From: Octopus bimaculoides
Taxonomy: Eukaryota
Length of the DNA: 43,095 nt
Direction of reading: 5' to 3'
NCBI RefSeq assembly: GCF_001194135.2
Contig: NC_069001.1
Location: 38,319,536 to 38,362,630, forward strand
Shown here: positions 22,600 through 32,749 of the stretch, piece by piece
Numbering within the stretch: the stretch's first letter is position 1
Layout of the letters: every line of letters begins with the position of its first letter
The notes under the pieces: model-generated
Told to the model about the DNA's origin: nothing
The model's input: the letters and a program-made list of their open reading frames with translations, nothing else
Databases searched by the model: none
Translations under genes and position numbers: made by a program

Positions 22600-22990
22600 A
22601 CGCAATCTGAATCGCTTGGGCTATCAACCCGTAAACCCATCACATGAGACTCGAACAACGCCCACGTTTTTTTGAAATCAGAACCTACGACTTGGAAATC
22701 TGGAGTTTGAAATCTGATGATACTCTCAGGTTAGAAGTTAATGAAAGGCAGTGTTTGAGATCTATATTAAAGGTTTGAGACAAGGGTACAAATGCGCTGT
22801 CAGGCGCCTATATTGGGCGAGCCATTATGAGTCAAAGATAACACTTCCAGTTAAAAAAGCTCCACAAATGACAAACATCATTGACAAATAATAAGGGCAA
22901 GGACTGAAGTGTTTAATAAGGAGGAGACGTTTTCACAATAAACACGTGACTCTTGAGTTCTCCAAACCACTTGGTAGACCGCCTAAGAAG
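22600..22990 (+). pseudogene. RTE-clade LINE ORF C-terminal fragment
   Basis: TYDLEIWSLKSDDTLRLEVNERQCLRSILKV* and EFSKPLGRPPKK match the post-RT RTE motifs (YGxETW...L.VFE..CLR.IL and GRP.K.W). The frame is disrupted. Confidence 0.65.
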
Positions 22991-24369
22991 TCTCTCTCTC
23001 TCTCTCTCTCTCTCTAAGAACTGCGAAGAAGCAGGATATCTAACCTCAACAGCAAAGAATGGAGTGTCCAATCGATGTGGGTGACATTGTTCTGACTGGC
23101 AGGAGAGAGAGGGGACAGGAAGAGAGTTGGGGGTTGCTGGAGAGAATTGAGCGATTAAAGAGTTTGCACGAATACCAAACCAATAGTATAAAATCTAAGA
23201 CAAGAATTCCTTCGAAGTCCCAGTAACAATAGCATACACACACACAAACTGAATATGCAAACTTTGTCGAACTCTCTAGATATAACAATCGTAGTAATAC
23301 TACAAACAGAACCGAATCTGCGACCTTTATAGAACTACTCCACTCCAGTCTTTGGGATCCTGAAACTGGACAAAGGATCTGTTCCTCGCTTCTAATTCAT
23401 CAAACCACCACCCGGTTTAACAACCCTAGGATGGGTTTATTGGGGTCCACTCTACTTTAAGTAATTTGTTCCACACCCACACGCCCCCTTCTCTCTATCT
23501 CTCTCTCTCTCTCTCTAATCCGTGAAAATACCATTCTACCCTTTCTGCTGCCAGGGTCGAAGGCTCTAATCAGAAAAAGTGAAGAACGCTGTCCTTTATC
23601 TAATCAAACCAGTAAAAGACAAACAGCCCCTCCCCCCGCCCCGCAGATATTTCCTTTAACAACAATCTCAATAAGTCGTCAGGAACGTAACTTAATACCA
23701 TGATGAATATGATGGTGCGACTATGATATCGACGATGATGATGATGATGACGACGACAAACTTAACAGATAAAAAGAATTAAGAAGCAATTCCGTTAAAA
23801 TAAACCAAAAGAACTGCCTCACAAAGCTCTACAAGAACTGCATGAACGTCACAACATCACAGAAACAAGTGCATTAAACATCTCATCACTCACCTTCGTC
23901 TTGATACAATCTCACGATGATATATCCAGGAGATACTTCACCCCAAATGGAGAAGGGCTGCTTCCATATGTAAGTTATCCAATTGCTTCTCTCAAACTTC
24001 CGGCCTCTTCACCACTTCCGATTATCGATTTTATTCATATTGTAATATCCATGGTAACGTCAAACACGTGATTGTCATAACAGGAGTATAAAACAGTTGG
24101 TGTATATATATGTACATATTCGTGTATATACTTAGGTGCCTGTTTGATTATGTGTGTGGGTGAATTGTGTTTGTGTGCAGCTAAGCTTACAGCATGCATG
24201 TGTTTAAGTGCATTTCTGTGTGTGTGATATTTTGGGACTTATGATTGTATTTCTGTGCGTATAATTGATTTTAATAGGTATGCGAACGCAACATGCCTGC
24301 GTATAATTCATTATAGCATATACAGCGTGTTTAAATATATATATAAATATATATACACATAAACACACA

Positions 24370-24414
<45 letters not shown>

Positions 24415-25343
24415 NNNNNNNNNNNNNNNNNNNNNNNNNNNNNNNNNNNNNNNNNNNNNNNNNNNNNNNNNNNNNNNNNNNNNNNNNNNNNNNNNNNNNN
24501 NNNNNNNNNNNNNNNNNNNNNNNNNNNNNNNNNNNNNNNNNNNNNNNNNNNNNNNNNNNNNNNNNNNNNNNNNNNNNNNNNNNNNNNNNNNNNNNNNNNN
24601 NNNNNNNNNNNNNNNNNNNNNNNNNNNNNNNNNNNNNNNNNNNNNNNNNNNNNNNNNNNNNNNNNNNNNNNNNNNNNNNNNNNNNNNNNNNNNNNNNNNN
24701 NNNNNNNNNNNNNNNNNNNNNNNNNNNNNNNNNNNNNNNNNNNNNNNNNNNNNNNNNNNNNNNNNNNNNNNNNNNNNNNNNNNNNNNNNNNNNNNNNNNN
24801 NNNNNNNNNNNNNNNNNNNNNNNNNNNNNNNNNNNNNNNNNNNNNNNNNNNNNNNNNNNNNNNNNNNNNNNNNNNNNNNNNNNNNNNNNNNNNNNNNNNN
24901 NNNNNNNNNNNNNNNNNNNNNNNNNNNNNNNNNNNNNNNNNNNNNNNNNNNNNNNNNNNNNNNNNNNNNNNNNNNNNNNNNNNNNNNNNNNNNNNNNNNN
25001 NNNNNNNNNNNNNNNNNNNNNNNNNNNNNNNNNNNNNNNNNNNNNNNNNNNNNNNNNNNNNNNNNNNNNNNNNNNNNNNNNNNNNNNNNNNNNNNNNNNN
25101 NNNNNNNNNNNNNNNNNNNNNNNNNNNNNNNNNNNNNNNNNNNNNNNNNNNNNNNNNNNNNNNNNNNNNNNNNNNNNNNNNNNNNNNNNNNNNNNNNNNN
25201 NNNNNNNNNNNNNNNNNNNNNNNNNNNNNNNNNNNNNNNNNNNNNNNNNNNNNNNNNNNNNNNNNNNNNNNNNNNNNNNNNNNNNNNNNNNNNNNNNNNN
25301 NNNNNNNNNNNNNNNNNNNNNNNNNNNNNNNNNNNNNNNNNNN

Positions 25344-25375
<32 letters not shown>

Positions 25376-26219
25376 CACGTGTATGTATGTATGTATCGTT
25401 TATTTGTGCTTAATGTATGTGATTTTTTCCCCCTTTTCTTTTGAAATATATTTCTAAAAGATATGACCGAATACGTCTCAGGTTCATTTACTTCGTGTAG
25501 AGGAATGAGAATCGGTGGACTTCATGCCCCTCCCGAACTTATTGATCACAAGAGTATTGAAATTATTAATACGGTGAGTATCGAGTAGTCTTGACGACTG
25601 AGTAGCTGCAGCTTCGTCGTGCCTTCAGATACCCCATGTATGTTGAGAAGGAAGAAGTGGATCATCCGTAAATTGTAACAACAACAACAATAGCAACCGC
25701 AACAACAATAACAACAACAGTAAATCATTAACGTAAGTTGTTGTCTTGTTTTAGTTTTACAACGTCCCACAGAAATATTTGGCACAATAATATGAAATAT
25801 AGAGGTTGGCACGGATGGCTGGCTGTCTGGTGAAGATTTATGTGGAGGTACTGAACACTCAGCAGGCAGAAAGAGAAGAGGAGGAGAGGAGAAGAAAGAG
25901 TGTCGGAGAGGGAGGCCTGTGGATCGTACCCTGTGTTATGTCCATGGTAAAGACACTTCACTAAAATACCGCCGGCCATAGGGTAGAATAGCAGGGTAGA
26001 ATACCACCTGGGTGGAATCACGTAATACATTCTTCGTTTCATCAAGTGGGAAGCACAAGCCGAGATCGAAACCTTCCCGGTCCCCACTCATTTAACCCAG
26101 CTGAACTCCCAGAATGTGAGTGCTGGAGTGAGAGAGAGGCTAACACTCAGTTATGAATCTGTCTTTTTTTTTTTGTTTTGTTTTGTCCCCGAGAGGATAA
26201 AAACAAAATTGGCTGCAGC

Positions 26220-26300
26220 GGGTTTCGAACTCGAAACGCAGAAAGTCGGAACAAATAAAGCATTTTGTTCGACGCTCTGGCGACTCTGCCAATCGACCGC
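26220..26300 (-). mobile_element. SINE family D head fragment
   Basis: gtttcgaactcgaaacgcaga...ttttgttcgacgctctggcgactctgcca. Confidence 0.55.
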
Positions 26301-26333
26301 CATGTTGCAGCAGAATATTCCAACATAGAATTC

Positions 26334-26643
26334 AACATGGTACAGTATCCCGTAATACAGTACTACATGGTGCGATTATACATGTTATCACACCGCATGG
26401 TACAATATAGTACATGGTACAGCACGATATTTTTATAGTACCACATGGTAGTATCGTAGATGGTCCGTTTCCACACGGTACACTACTACATGTTATAATA
26501 CCGCATAGGAGGAGGCCACATGGAACAATACCGCAAGTTATCATACCACATGGTACAGTACCAAATGGTCTGGTACCACATGTTAAAATACCACAAGGCA
26601 AAATTCCATGGTGCACAGCCCCACATGGTTGAGTGTCACATGA
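26334..26643. repeat. Degenerate 15-bp minisatellite (consensus ~ccacatggtacagta), about 20 units
   Basis: catgg/cacatg recurs about every 15 nt. The ORF track shows the resulting PCGxx (minus) and PHGxx (plus) pentapeptide periodicity. Confidence 0.8.
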
Positions 26644-27238
26644 TATATCCCTATTCAGTGGGAGACTAGAATGCCACTGAGTACAACTGCCCTGGATAGA
26701 GTACTGATGTCAGTGGTATGGTGGCGACGATAACATCTCTACACTGTAATGTTTCAATATCTCACAGTGCCGGGTTCAAGTCTTGCTAGGGGTGGTCATA
26801 GCAACACTTAGAAATGATCTCTTCCACCATGACCAGCACGACTTACTGCTTCTCTGTCTCAATATCTCCTTCTCCCCCCATCTCTCCCTTCTACTCTTCC
26901 TCTCCCTTCTCCTCCTCCTCTTCCTTCTTCCGGGCTTTCAGTTAAATATGCTAACGAAGCCCCCCTCCCACCCCGCACTGACTGCGGTATGACCCTTCAC
27001 CTTGTGTGAAAATGGAGTCAGAGGAAGTAGACATGGAACTAACTCCTTCGGCATCTCTCTTCGTGTAACCATCATCATCATCTTCATCATCATCATCATC
27101 AATATAAATATTGTTACTACAACTTTTATCGCCCTTTATCATCACTATTTTCATTTTATATACATACATACATATATATATATATGTTGTATGCATGCAT
27201 GCATCTATGCGTATATGCATCTATAAGTGTATAAGTTC

Positions 27239-30200
27239 TCAGCACACATCAGCAAACGATTGCCCTTCCACCGTCAACAAATTCGCTTCTCCGTTCGTTT
27301 TGATAACACCTTGACCATTTTTACCGTTTTCTTCACATCGATCTCTTCTCAGACCAGGACTGCTGCTGCTGTTGCTCCCGTCAGTTGCACTCGAACCTGT
27401 TTTCTTCTTTTCCGTCTTCTTCTCGTTTTTCTTCTGACGTTCCAGTGCTCGCGCTCTCCTCTCCGGACTGTCTTCGTTGTCATGTTGGATCGAAAATATT
27501 CTCTGTCGCATGTAGACAAACGGACGGCTTTTCTTCGATTTGGCCGTTTTATCGTCTGCTGCTTGCGCAGAGGAAGCCGGGGACGAGGAGTTGGTCATAT
27601 TAATGGCACTTGTAGGTCTGTTGCTATTGGCGTTGGTGCTTGGCGTCTTTGAGGACGATGTTGGCGAGGGTGACATGGATTTCTTGCCCACTCTCAGACC
27701 GCTTTTTGGTGGCGACTTCGGAGAAGGTGTAGCACTTTTGGAATCATTGATAGACAGAGCTGAAGAACTGGACGATGTCGATACGGAGGCAGGCGAGGAA
27801 TCTGGTCGCTGGTGGTGACGTTGTTGCCTTTTGTTGGAATCATTTGAAGTATCTTTCTTTGGTTTTCGAGTCAGAAGTCGCTGCATGAAGCCAGTTTTCC
27901 GGGTCTGAGGGGAACATTCTCTACTACTGCCGCTGATACATGGACTATCTGGTGTCGCTAACGTGTTCCTTTTGCCGGTAGCTGGAGAGGCTGGCTCGAC
28001 AGAAGTGTCGTCAGCGGTCAGAGATGTACAGGTAGGAGACAAAGTGGAGAAGGTTTGTGCTGGGCATGAATCTGACATGGAGTTCGAATAACAGTTTGAC
28101 ATGGTAGTCAAGCCAGAAGGGTCTGAACAGCCGGGCGGGGTTCGAGTCTCGGTGATTGCCGGCAGCGATGGTAGCTGGTTTGTTGGTTTTGCATTAGTTA
28201 TCGTATAGTAATCTTTTATAGTGTCTTTCTGGGATTCGTTAAGTTTCCTGGTCGTTGGTATTTTACTTGTGGACTTTGGCGAGGTCTGTGGGGAAACGCT
28301 AAGATCTTTAGGAGGGGCATGTTTGGGAACTGTGACAATTTTTCCGGGTGCCGAGTTGTACCGCAACAAAGGCAGACGACTTGGAGAAGAATTTAATAAA
28401 CCAGCTTGCTGTTGTTGTTGTTGTTGTAACTGCAAATCATTAGTTGGTGCACTAAACTGACGCGGAAGAGTCTGGCTTTTATCGAGGCCATTGGCGGCGG
28501 CGTTGACGTCTTTGTATCTACATTTCAATGTGGTGATTGGTTGCGCTTTTCGAGTTGTCGTTCTTTCGCTGATTCGTTGATTATCGCTCAATGGCGAAGC
28601 AGACGACAGCGACGTGGACATTGTGTTGTTTGATGAAGCCATCGTTGTCAATAAAGTTGTTGAACAACCCACACTGCAACTCATTGTTATTGCTGTTGTT
28701 GTTGTTGTTGTCGTCGTTGTTGCTGTTGTCGGACTGCTCGAATGGTTGTTGTCGCCATGTCCCGATGACGTCAACGAAGTTGATGTTGAAGAAAACGCTA
28801 ACAACGGAGACGAAAATAAAGAACTCTTTGGTCTTGTTGTTGTTGGTGTTGTAAGCGTTGAAAACGTCAGAGAACAGGGTTCGGAACCTAATGTCGTCGC
28901 AGAAACAGTTCCAACCGAGTCAACGCTGCCTGACATTGGCAAAGTACTGTTATTACCGCTGGTAGACCCCAGTAAGTCTTTCAACTCGGGCTTGTTTTTT
29001 CTGGCCAACGACGATTTCGGCGACAGTTCCCCAATCTCAGGGGCCTGTTTCGAAGTAGGGCTCTGTAGTTTATCTCGAACATTTCTCAACTTGTTGATAC
29101 AAACCGCCACCTGTTCATTGAGCTGTGACGAGTCAGTGGATACTCCCTTCTCACTTGTGCCACTACTACATGTCATTGTATCCTTGTCCACACGATCGAT
29201 CAATAAGCTGTTCCTGGAAGCGATCGAAGACCGGTTGGAACCGGTTGCTTTATCTGATTTATTCAAATAGAAAGTCATGGTTCCTTTGGAAAAGAGATAT
29301 CGTGACTGTGTGCTAGTTTCTTTTTCGTAGGTTACCTTACGCACGGTATTCACCCCTATACTCACCAGATGTTTCGAATCATCATCGTCTATCATCTGCA
29401 ACAACGTCTGTGGGTCCGGCTCCTGGCCCAGTGACTGCCCTTCACACTGAGTGAACATCGGAGTTTGAGTGCCAGCCTCAACACTCTGACTATTCTCCAT
29501 AGAAGTCTCGCTGTCGACCATCTCGATCTGTGTGTCCGAATCGTACTCGGAGTTGGCCGTGTCTGTATCCGAGTGCAAATCGAACGCCGAATCGGGCAAG
29601 AGATAGAGGTCGTTGATGTCGACCTCACTCATCAGGCCCATGTAGGCGAGCGACTCGGTCGAAGTGGCAACGTCGTTGGATTCGGCAGCGACAAGGTTCG
29701 AGTTCCCCGGAGGATCACTGAAAGCTGCTTCGATCGACTTGTCCGCCACGGCGGTCTGAATGGTTTGGACATTGCGGTCAGTGAACTCTGTCAGTGCCGT
29801 GTTGAAGGATAGAACCATAGTCCCTTGGTCGTGAGTCAGGGTCGGTGACGACATCGTGGCCCTATGCGCCACTTCAATGGGTTTCTGGAGACAGCACTTG
29901 TTACAGAGCGACGTGTTGTGGTTCTCCATTGATTCCAGCAAAGTCATCGTATTATTCCAGCCTCGAACACATTGGTGCATCATTCGATCGTCATCGTCTT
30001 CTGTAAGTTCGAAGAAAATATCGTCCTCGCTGGCCCCTTGGTCGGAATCAATAACCTCCGATATATTGGCTATATCCCCGCTCGGTTCCCCTTCGGCTAA
30101 AAGTAAGAAATCTTCAATGGTGCTGGTCCCTGCATCTGTCTCCGTCATGGTTCCTGTCTCTGATTGGGTGCTGCAGTCGATCCACGTTTGACTATCCTCG

Positions 30201-32749
30201 CTGTGGATGTGGATGTTGGTCTGTGCATCAGTAGAGATCACTCTGTCGGTCAACGTCTCGCTGTCCTGTGTGAATATATTGGTTTCAGTTTGGGAGTCGG
30301 CATGTTCCACCGCCTCCGTCGACATTCCTTGACTGACGAGCACCGGATTCAGCGTTGAAACTCCGACTTCACACATCGGTATCAAGATGGGTGACGTAGC
30401 GGTGTTGATGAATTCAGTGCGGTTGGTCAGTGTCCAGTTATCGACCGTCTCTAACACTGACGTCAGAGTCTGAGAATCCCTCATCTTTAGCGAGTCTGTT
30501 TCGGTACAAACGTCACTAAAACAGCTGGATGACCGTTTCGATGCCGATGTGGCCGATAAGCAACGATTTGTGGATCTTTCAATGTCTTCGAATAGAATTC
30601 CAGGCAAATCATTTATTGGAGACGTCTCACCGTCAACAAATACTTTCTCCTCTAAGGTGAGTATTTGGTCACCGGTTCCAGTGTCTTTATACTTCGGTTT
30701 GGCACTGACCCCCACCGAATTAGTGGCCGGTTTGACCTCGGTTGAGGCACTGGCCGTTTCCACTGCATCTGTAGATGTACCCTGGGTGGTAATCTGTGAG
30801 GAGAGTAGAGATGAGGTATCAGTTTCCATATTTCTCGTCTCTTTCTGACCGTTGCGAGATTGGGTGCTCTCTGGACTTCCACGCCCAGATGACCGTGTCG
30901 GGGTTGGGGGCGTGCTGGGAGATGAGGGCGAAGATTTACCATTATCTTGATAGCGAGGAACGTGAGGTTCAGAAAACTTCTGCTGCAAAGCAAGGATATC
31001 GGCGCTGAGTCTGCGAGATTTTCTGTCGCCGACAGGACTGCAAGACCCGGAGTCATGCGAAAGATGCGAACTCACCTTACGGTCACAAATCAATACCTTA
31101 TCTGTATTGATCGACGCACAGCTTGTGAGAACTGAACCCTCTCCAGTACCTTTTTCTTCAGTTCTTGCCGGCTGTTTGTCTGCTGGACCTTGTGAAGGAG
31201 ATAAAAGACTTTGTATTTCCAAACCAGATTCTTTGGCTCGTTGCAGTAGCATCAGATCTTCAGTACTGACGTCATCAAGAGACGATATACTAACTTCCGT
31301 TTCCATGGATTTTGATTCAGTGGGGACATTCTTCTTCAAAGACTCGCAGATCGATGTAATACTTTCATCGTCATTCAAAAATGTCTGACTCCTCCTTGAC
31401 CGACTCTGCGGTGGGTCAGTCATTGTTCCACGTGACTTTGGGTCAATCCAGTAGACTTCAGTTGATTTATCTCGTGTGTGATTGGTATCGGTGCCAGCCA
31501 ACCGGTTCACCATTTCTATTTTTGATGTCTGCGAGGCTGCAGTTTCCCGGTTCACATAGGTCGACATTGTAGTGGAACTTGTCATCGATGTCACACAATC
31601 GGTCTGCATATCAATATGTTTCATCGATCGATTAAACGCTGAGCAATTCGCTTCTTTTTCGCTGGTAATGTTCACATCTTCTTCTTCTCTGCCCGGAACA
31701 CTGATGTGGCCCAACTTAACGAAGCCAGGCACAAACTTTATATTAGTTGCCAAGTGTTGTGGAACTTCCGGTAAATCTGGTTGCAGTAAGACATCGAGTT
31801 TCTTTTGAAGTTCTTTTTTGAGAAGAAGAATTTCAATTCCTTTATCTTTGACAATGATTTCAGCCAGGCTGCAAGTGTTCTGTAGATTATCGAAGTTTTC
31901 CTGAAGCCAGGATTTATTTTCGAGAAAATCAAGAATCTCATCTCCAAACATGGCGTCTACTTTCTGCAGGAGTTGTTTCTCTGTTTGGCGCACTTGCGAT
32001 ATATAACTGATGGCTAAGTCTCGTATGCGTTCCCTGGTATCCTTTAAGGCCCCTTCACACTTATTGATCATCCCCAATTTCATTCGTAAATCAATCAAGC
32101 GGTCTTTACCGTGGCTAAGTAAGTTTTCGATGGTCGATTTATACTTGGCCGAACCCTCGCTGAACGAGCATATTTCGTGGTCACGGTGTTCTTGGAATGT
32201 GCAAACCACACAAACACATTCGTCACAGGGTTCGCAATAGAAACGCATGATTTCCCCGGAATGAGCTTTGCATTCAATGTCCTTCTCCCCTTCTAAATCA
32301 AACAAACTGTGGTTCTGCGTTACTTTCGTGGTCATATGAAGCTTCACGCATGACTTACACATCAGTTTGGAACATTCCAAGCACTTCGAACACGCCTCAT
32401 TGCTTCTGCTACGCACGGTGTGACAAATCTCACAGGGTTGCACTTTTGTTGTCTTCAGCCGATTGAGAACGTCTGTGAGGTTGGAAACCAGAAAGTTATC
32501 CGGCAACCTCCGGATTCCTCCGGTCGGTATCTCCGTCTTCTTGCGGCATATTGGACAATAAACGTGGCGTGAGTAGAGCGTGTAACGAGAGGTTCTCTCC
32601 TGCTCGGAGTCGACATGTTTCTGTAAACAGTTGCTGCAAAAAGTGTGCAGACACGTCAACGTCTTGGGGTTCTTGTACGCCTCGTAGCAGATCTTGCACA
32701 CCAGAAACTGCTCGTTAATCTCCTTCATAAGTTTCATATTCGTTGCCAT
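27239..32749 (-). CDS. TRIM/RBCC E3 ubiquitin ligase-like protein, 1836 aa, single coding exon, with a long disordered motif-rich tail
   Basis: C3HC4 RING at aa 18-68 (CKIC...CLHTFCSNC...CPIC), B-box1 at aa 106-147, B-box2 at aa 160-191 (CKAH...FYCEPCDECVCVVC...EHRDH), predicted coiled coil at aa ~200-325, then the KFVPG...LGHI linker. The frame is stop-free for 5511 nt in AT-rich DNA and the ATG has good context (aactATGG). Confidence 0.95.
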   Translation of the reverse strand: MATNMKLMKEINEQFLVCKICYEAYKNPKTLTCLHTFCSNCLQKHVDSEQERTSRYTLYSRHVYCPICRKKTEIPTGGIRRLPDNFLVSNLTDVLNRLKTTKVQPCEICHTVRSRSNEACSKCLECSKLMCKSCVKLHMTTKVTQNHSLFDLEGEKDIECKAHSGEIMRFYCEPCDECVCVVCTFQEHRDHEICSFSEGSAKYKSTIENLLSHGKDRLIDLRMKLGMINKCEGALKDTRERIRDLAISYISQVRQTEKQLLQKVDAMFGDEILDFLENKSWLQENFDNLQNTCSLAEIIVKDKGIEILLLKKELQKKLDVLLQPDLPEVPQHLATNIKFVPGFVKLGHISVPGREEEDVNITSEKEANCSAFNRSMKHIDMQTDCVTSMTSSTTMSTYVNRETAASQTSKIEMVNRLAGTDTNHTRDKSTEVYWIDPKSRGTMTDPPQSRSRRSQTFLNDDESITSICESLKKNVPTESKSMETEVSISSLDDVSTEDLMLLQRAKESGLEIQSLLSPSQGPADKQPARTEEKGTGEGSVLTSCASINTDKVLICDRKVSSHLSHDSGSCSPVGDRKSRRLSADILALQQKFSEPHVPRYQDNGKSSPSSPSTPPTPTRSSGRGSPESTQSRNGQKETRNMETDTSSLLSSQITTQGTSTDAVETASASTEVKPATNSVGVSAKPKYKDTGTGDQILTLEEKVFVDGETSPINDLPGILFEDIERSTNRCLSATSASKRSSSCFSDVCTETDSLKMRDSQTLTSVLETVDNWTLTNRTEFINTATSPILIPMCEVGVSTLNPVLVSQGMSTEAVEHADSQTETNIFTQDSETLTDRVISTDAQTNIHIHSEDSQTWIDCSTQSETGTMTETDAGTSTIEDFLLLAEGEPSGDIANISEVIDSDQGASEDDIFFELTEDDDDRMMHQCVRGWNNTMTLLESMENHNTSLCNKCCLQKPIEVAHRATMSSPTLTHDQGTMVLSFNTALTEFTDRNVQTIQTAVADKSIEAAFSDPPGNSNLVAAESNDVATSTESLAYMGLMSEVDINDLYLLPDSAFDLHSDTDTANSEYDSDTQIEMVDSETSMENSQSVEAGTQTPMFTQCEGQSLGQEPDPQTLLQMIDDDDSKHLVSIGVNTVRKVTYEKETSTQSRYLFSKGTMTFYLNKSDKATGSNRSSIASRNSLLIDRVDKDTMTCSSGTSEKGVSTDSSQLNEQVAVCINKLRNVRDKLQSPTSKQAPEIGELSPKSSLARKNKPELKDLLGSTSGNNSTLPMSGSVDSVGTVSATTLGSEPCSLTFSTLTTPTTTRPKSSLFSSPLLAFSSTSTSLTSSGHGDNNHSSSPTTATTTTTTTTTAITMSCSVGCSTTLLTTMASSNNTMSTSLSSASPLSDNQRISERTTTRKAQPITTLKCRYKDVNAAANGLDKSQTLPRQFSAPTNDLQLQQQQQQQAGLLNSSPSRLPLLRYNSAPGKIVTVPKHAPPKDLSVSPQTSPKSTSKIPTTRKLNESQKDTIKDYYTITNAKPTNQLPSLPAITETRTPPGCSDPSGLTTMSNCYSNSMSDSCPAQTFSTLSPTCTSLTADDTSVEPASPATGKRNTLATPDSPCISGSSRECSPQTRKTGFMQRLLTRKPKKDTSNDSNKRQQRHHQRPDSSPASVSTSSSSSALSINDSKSATPSPKSPPKSGLRVGKKSMSPSPTSSSKTPSTNANSNRPTSAINMTNSSSPASSAQAADDKTAKSKKSRPFVYMRQRIFSIQHDNEDSPERRARALERQKKNEKKTEKKKTGSSATDGSNSSSSPGLRRDRCEENGKNGQGVIKTNGEANLLTVEGQSFADVC

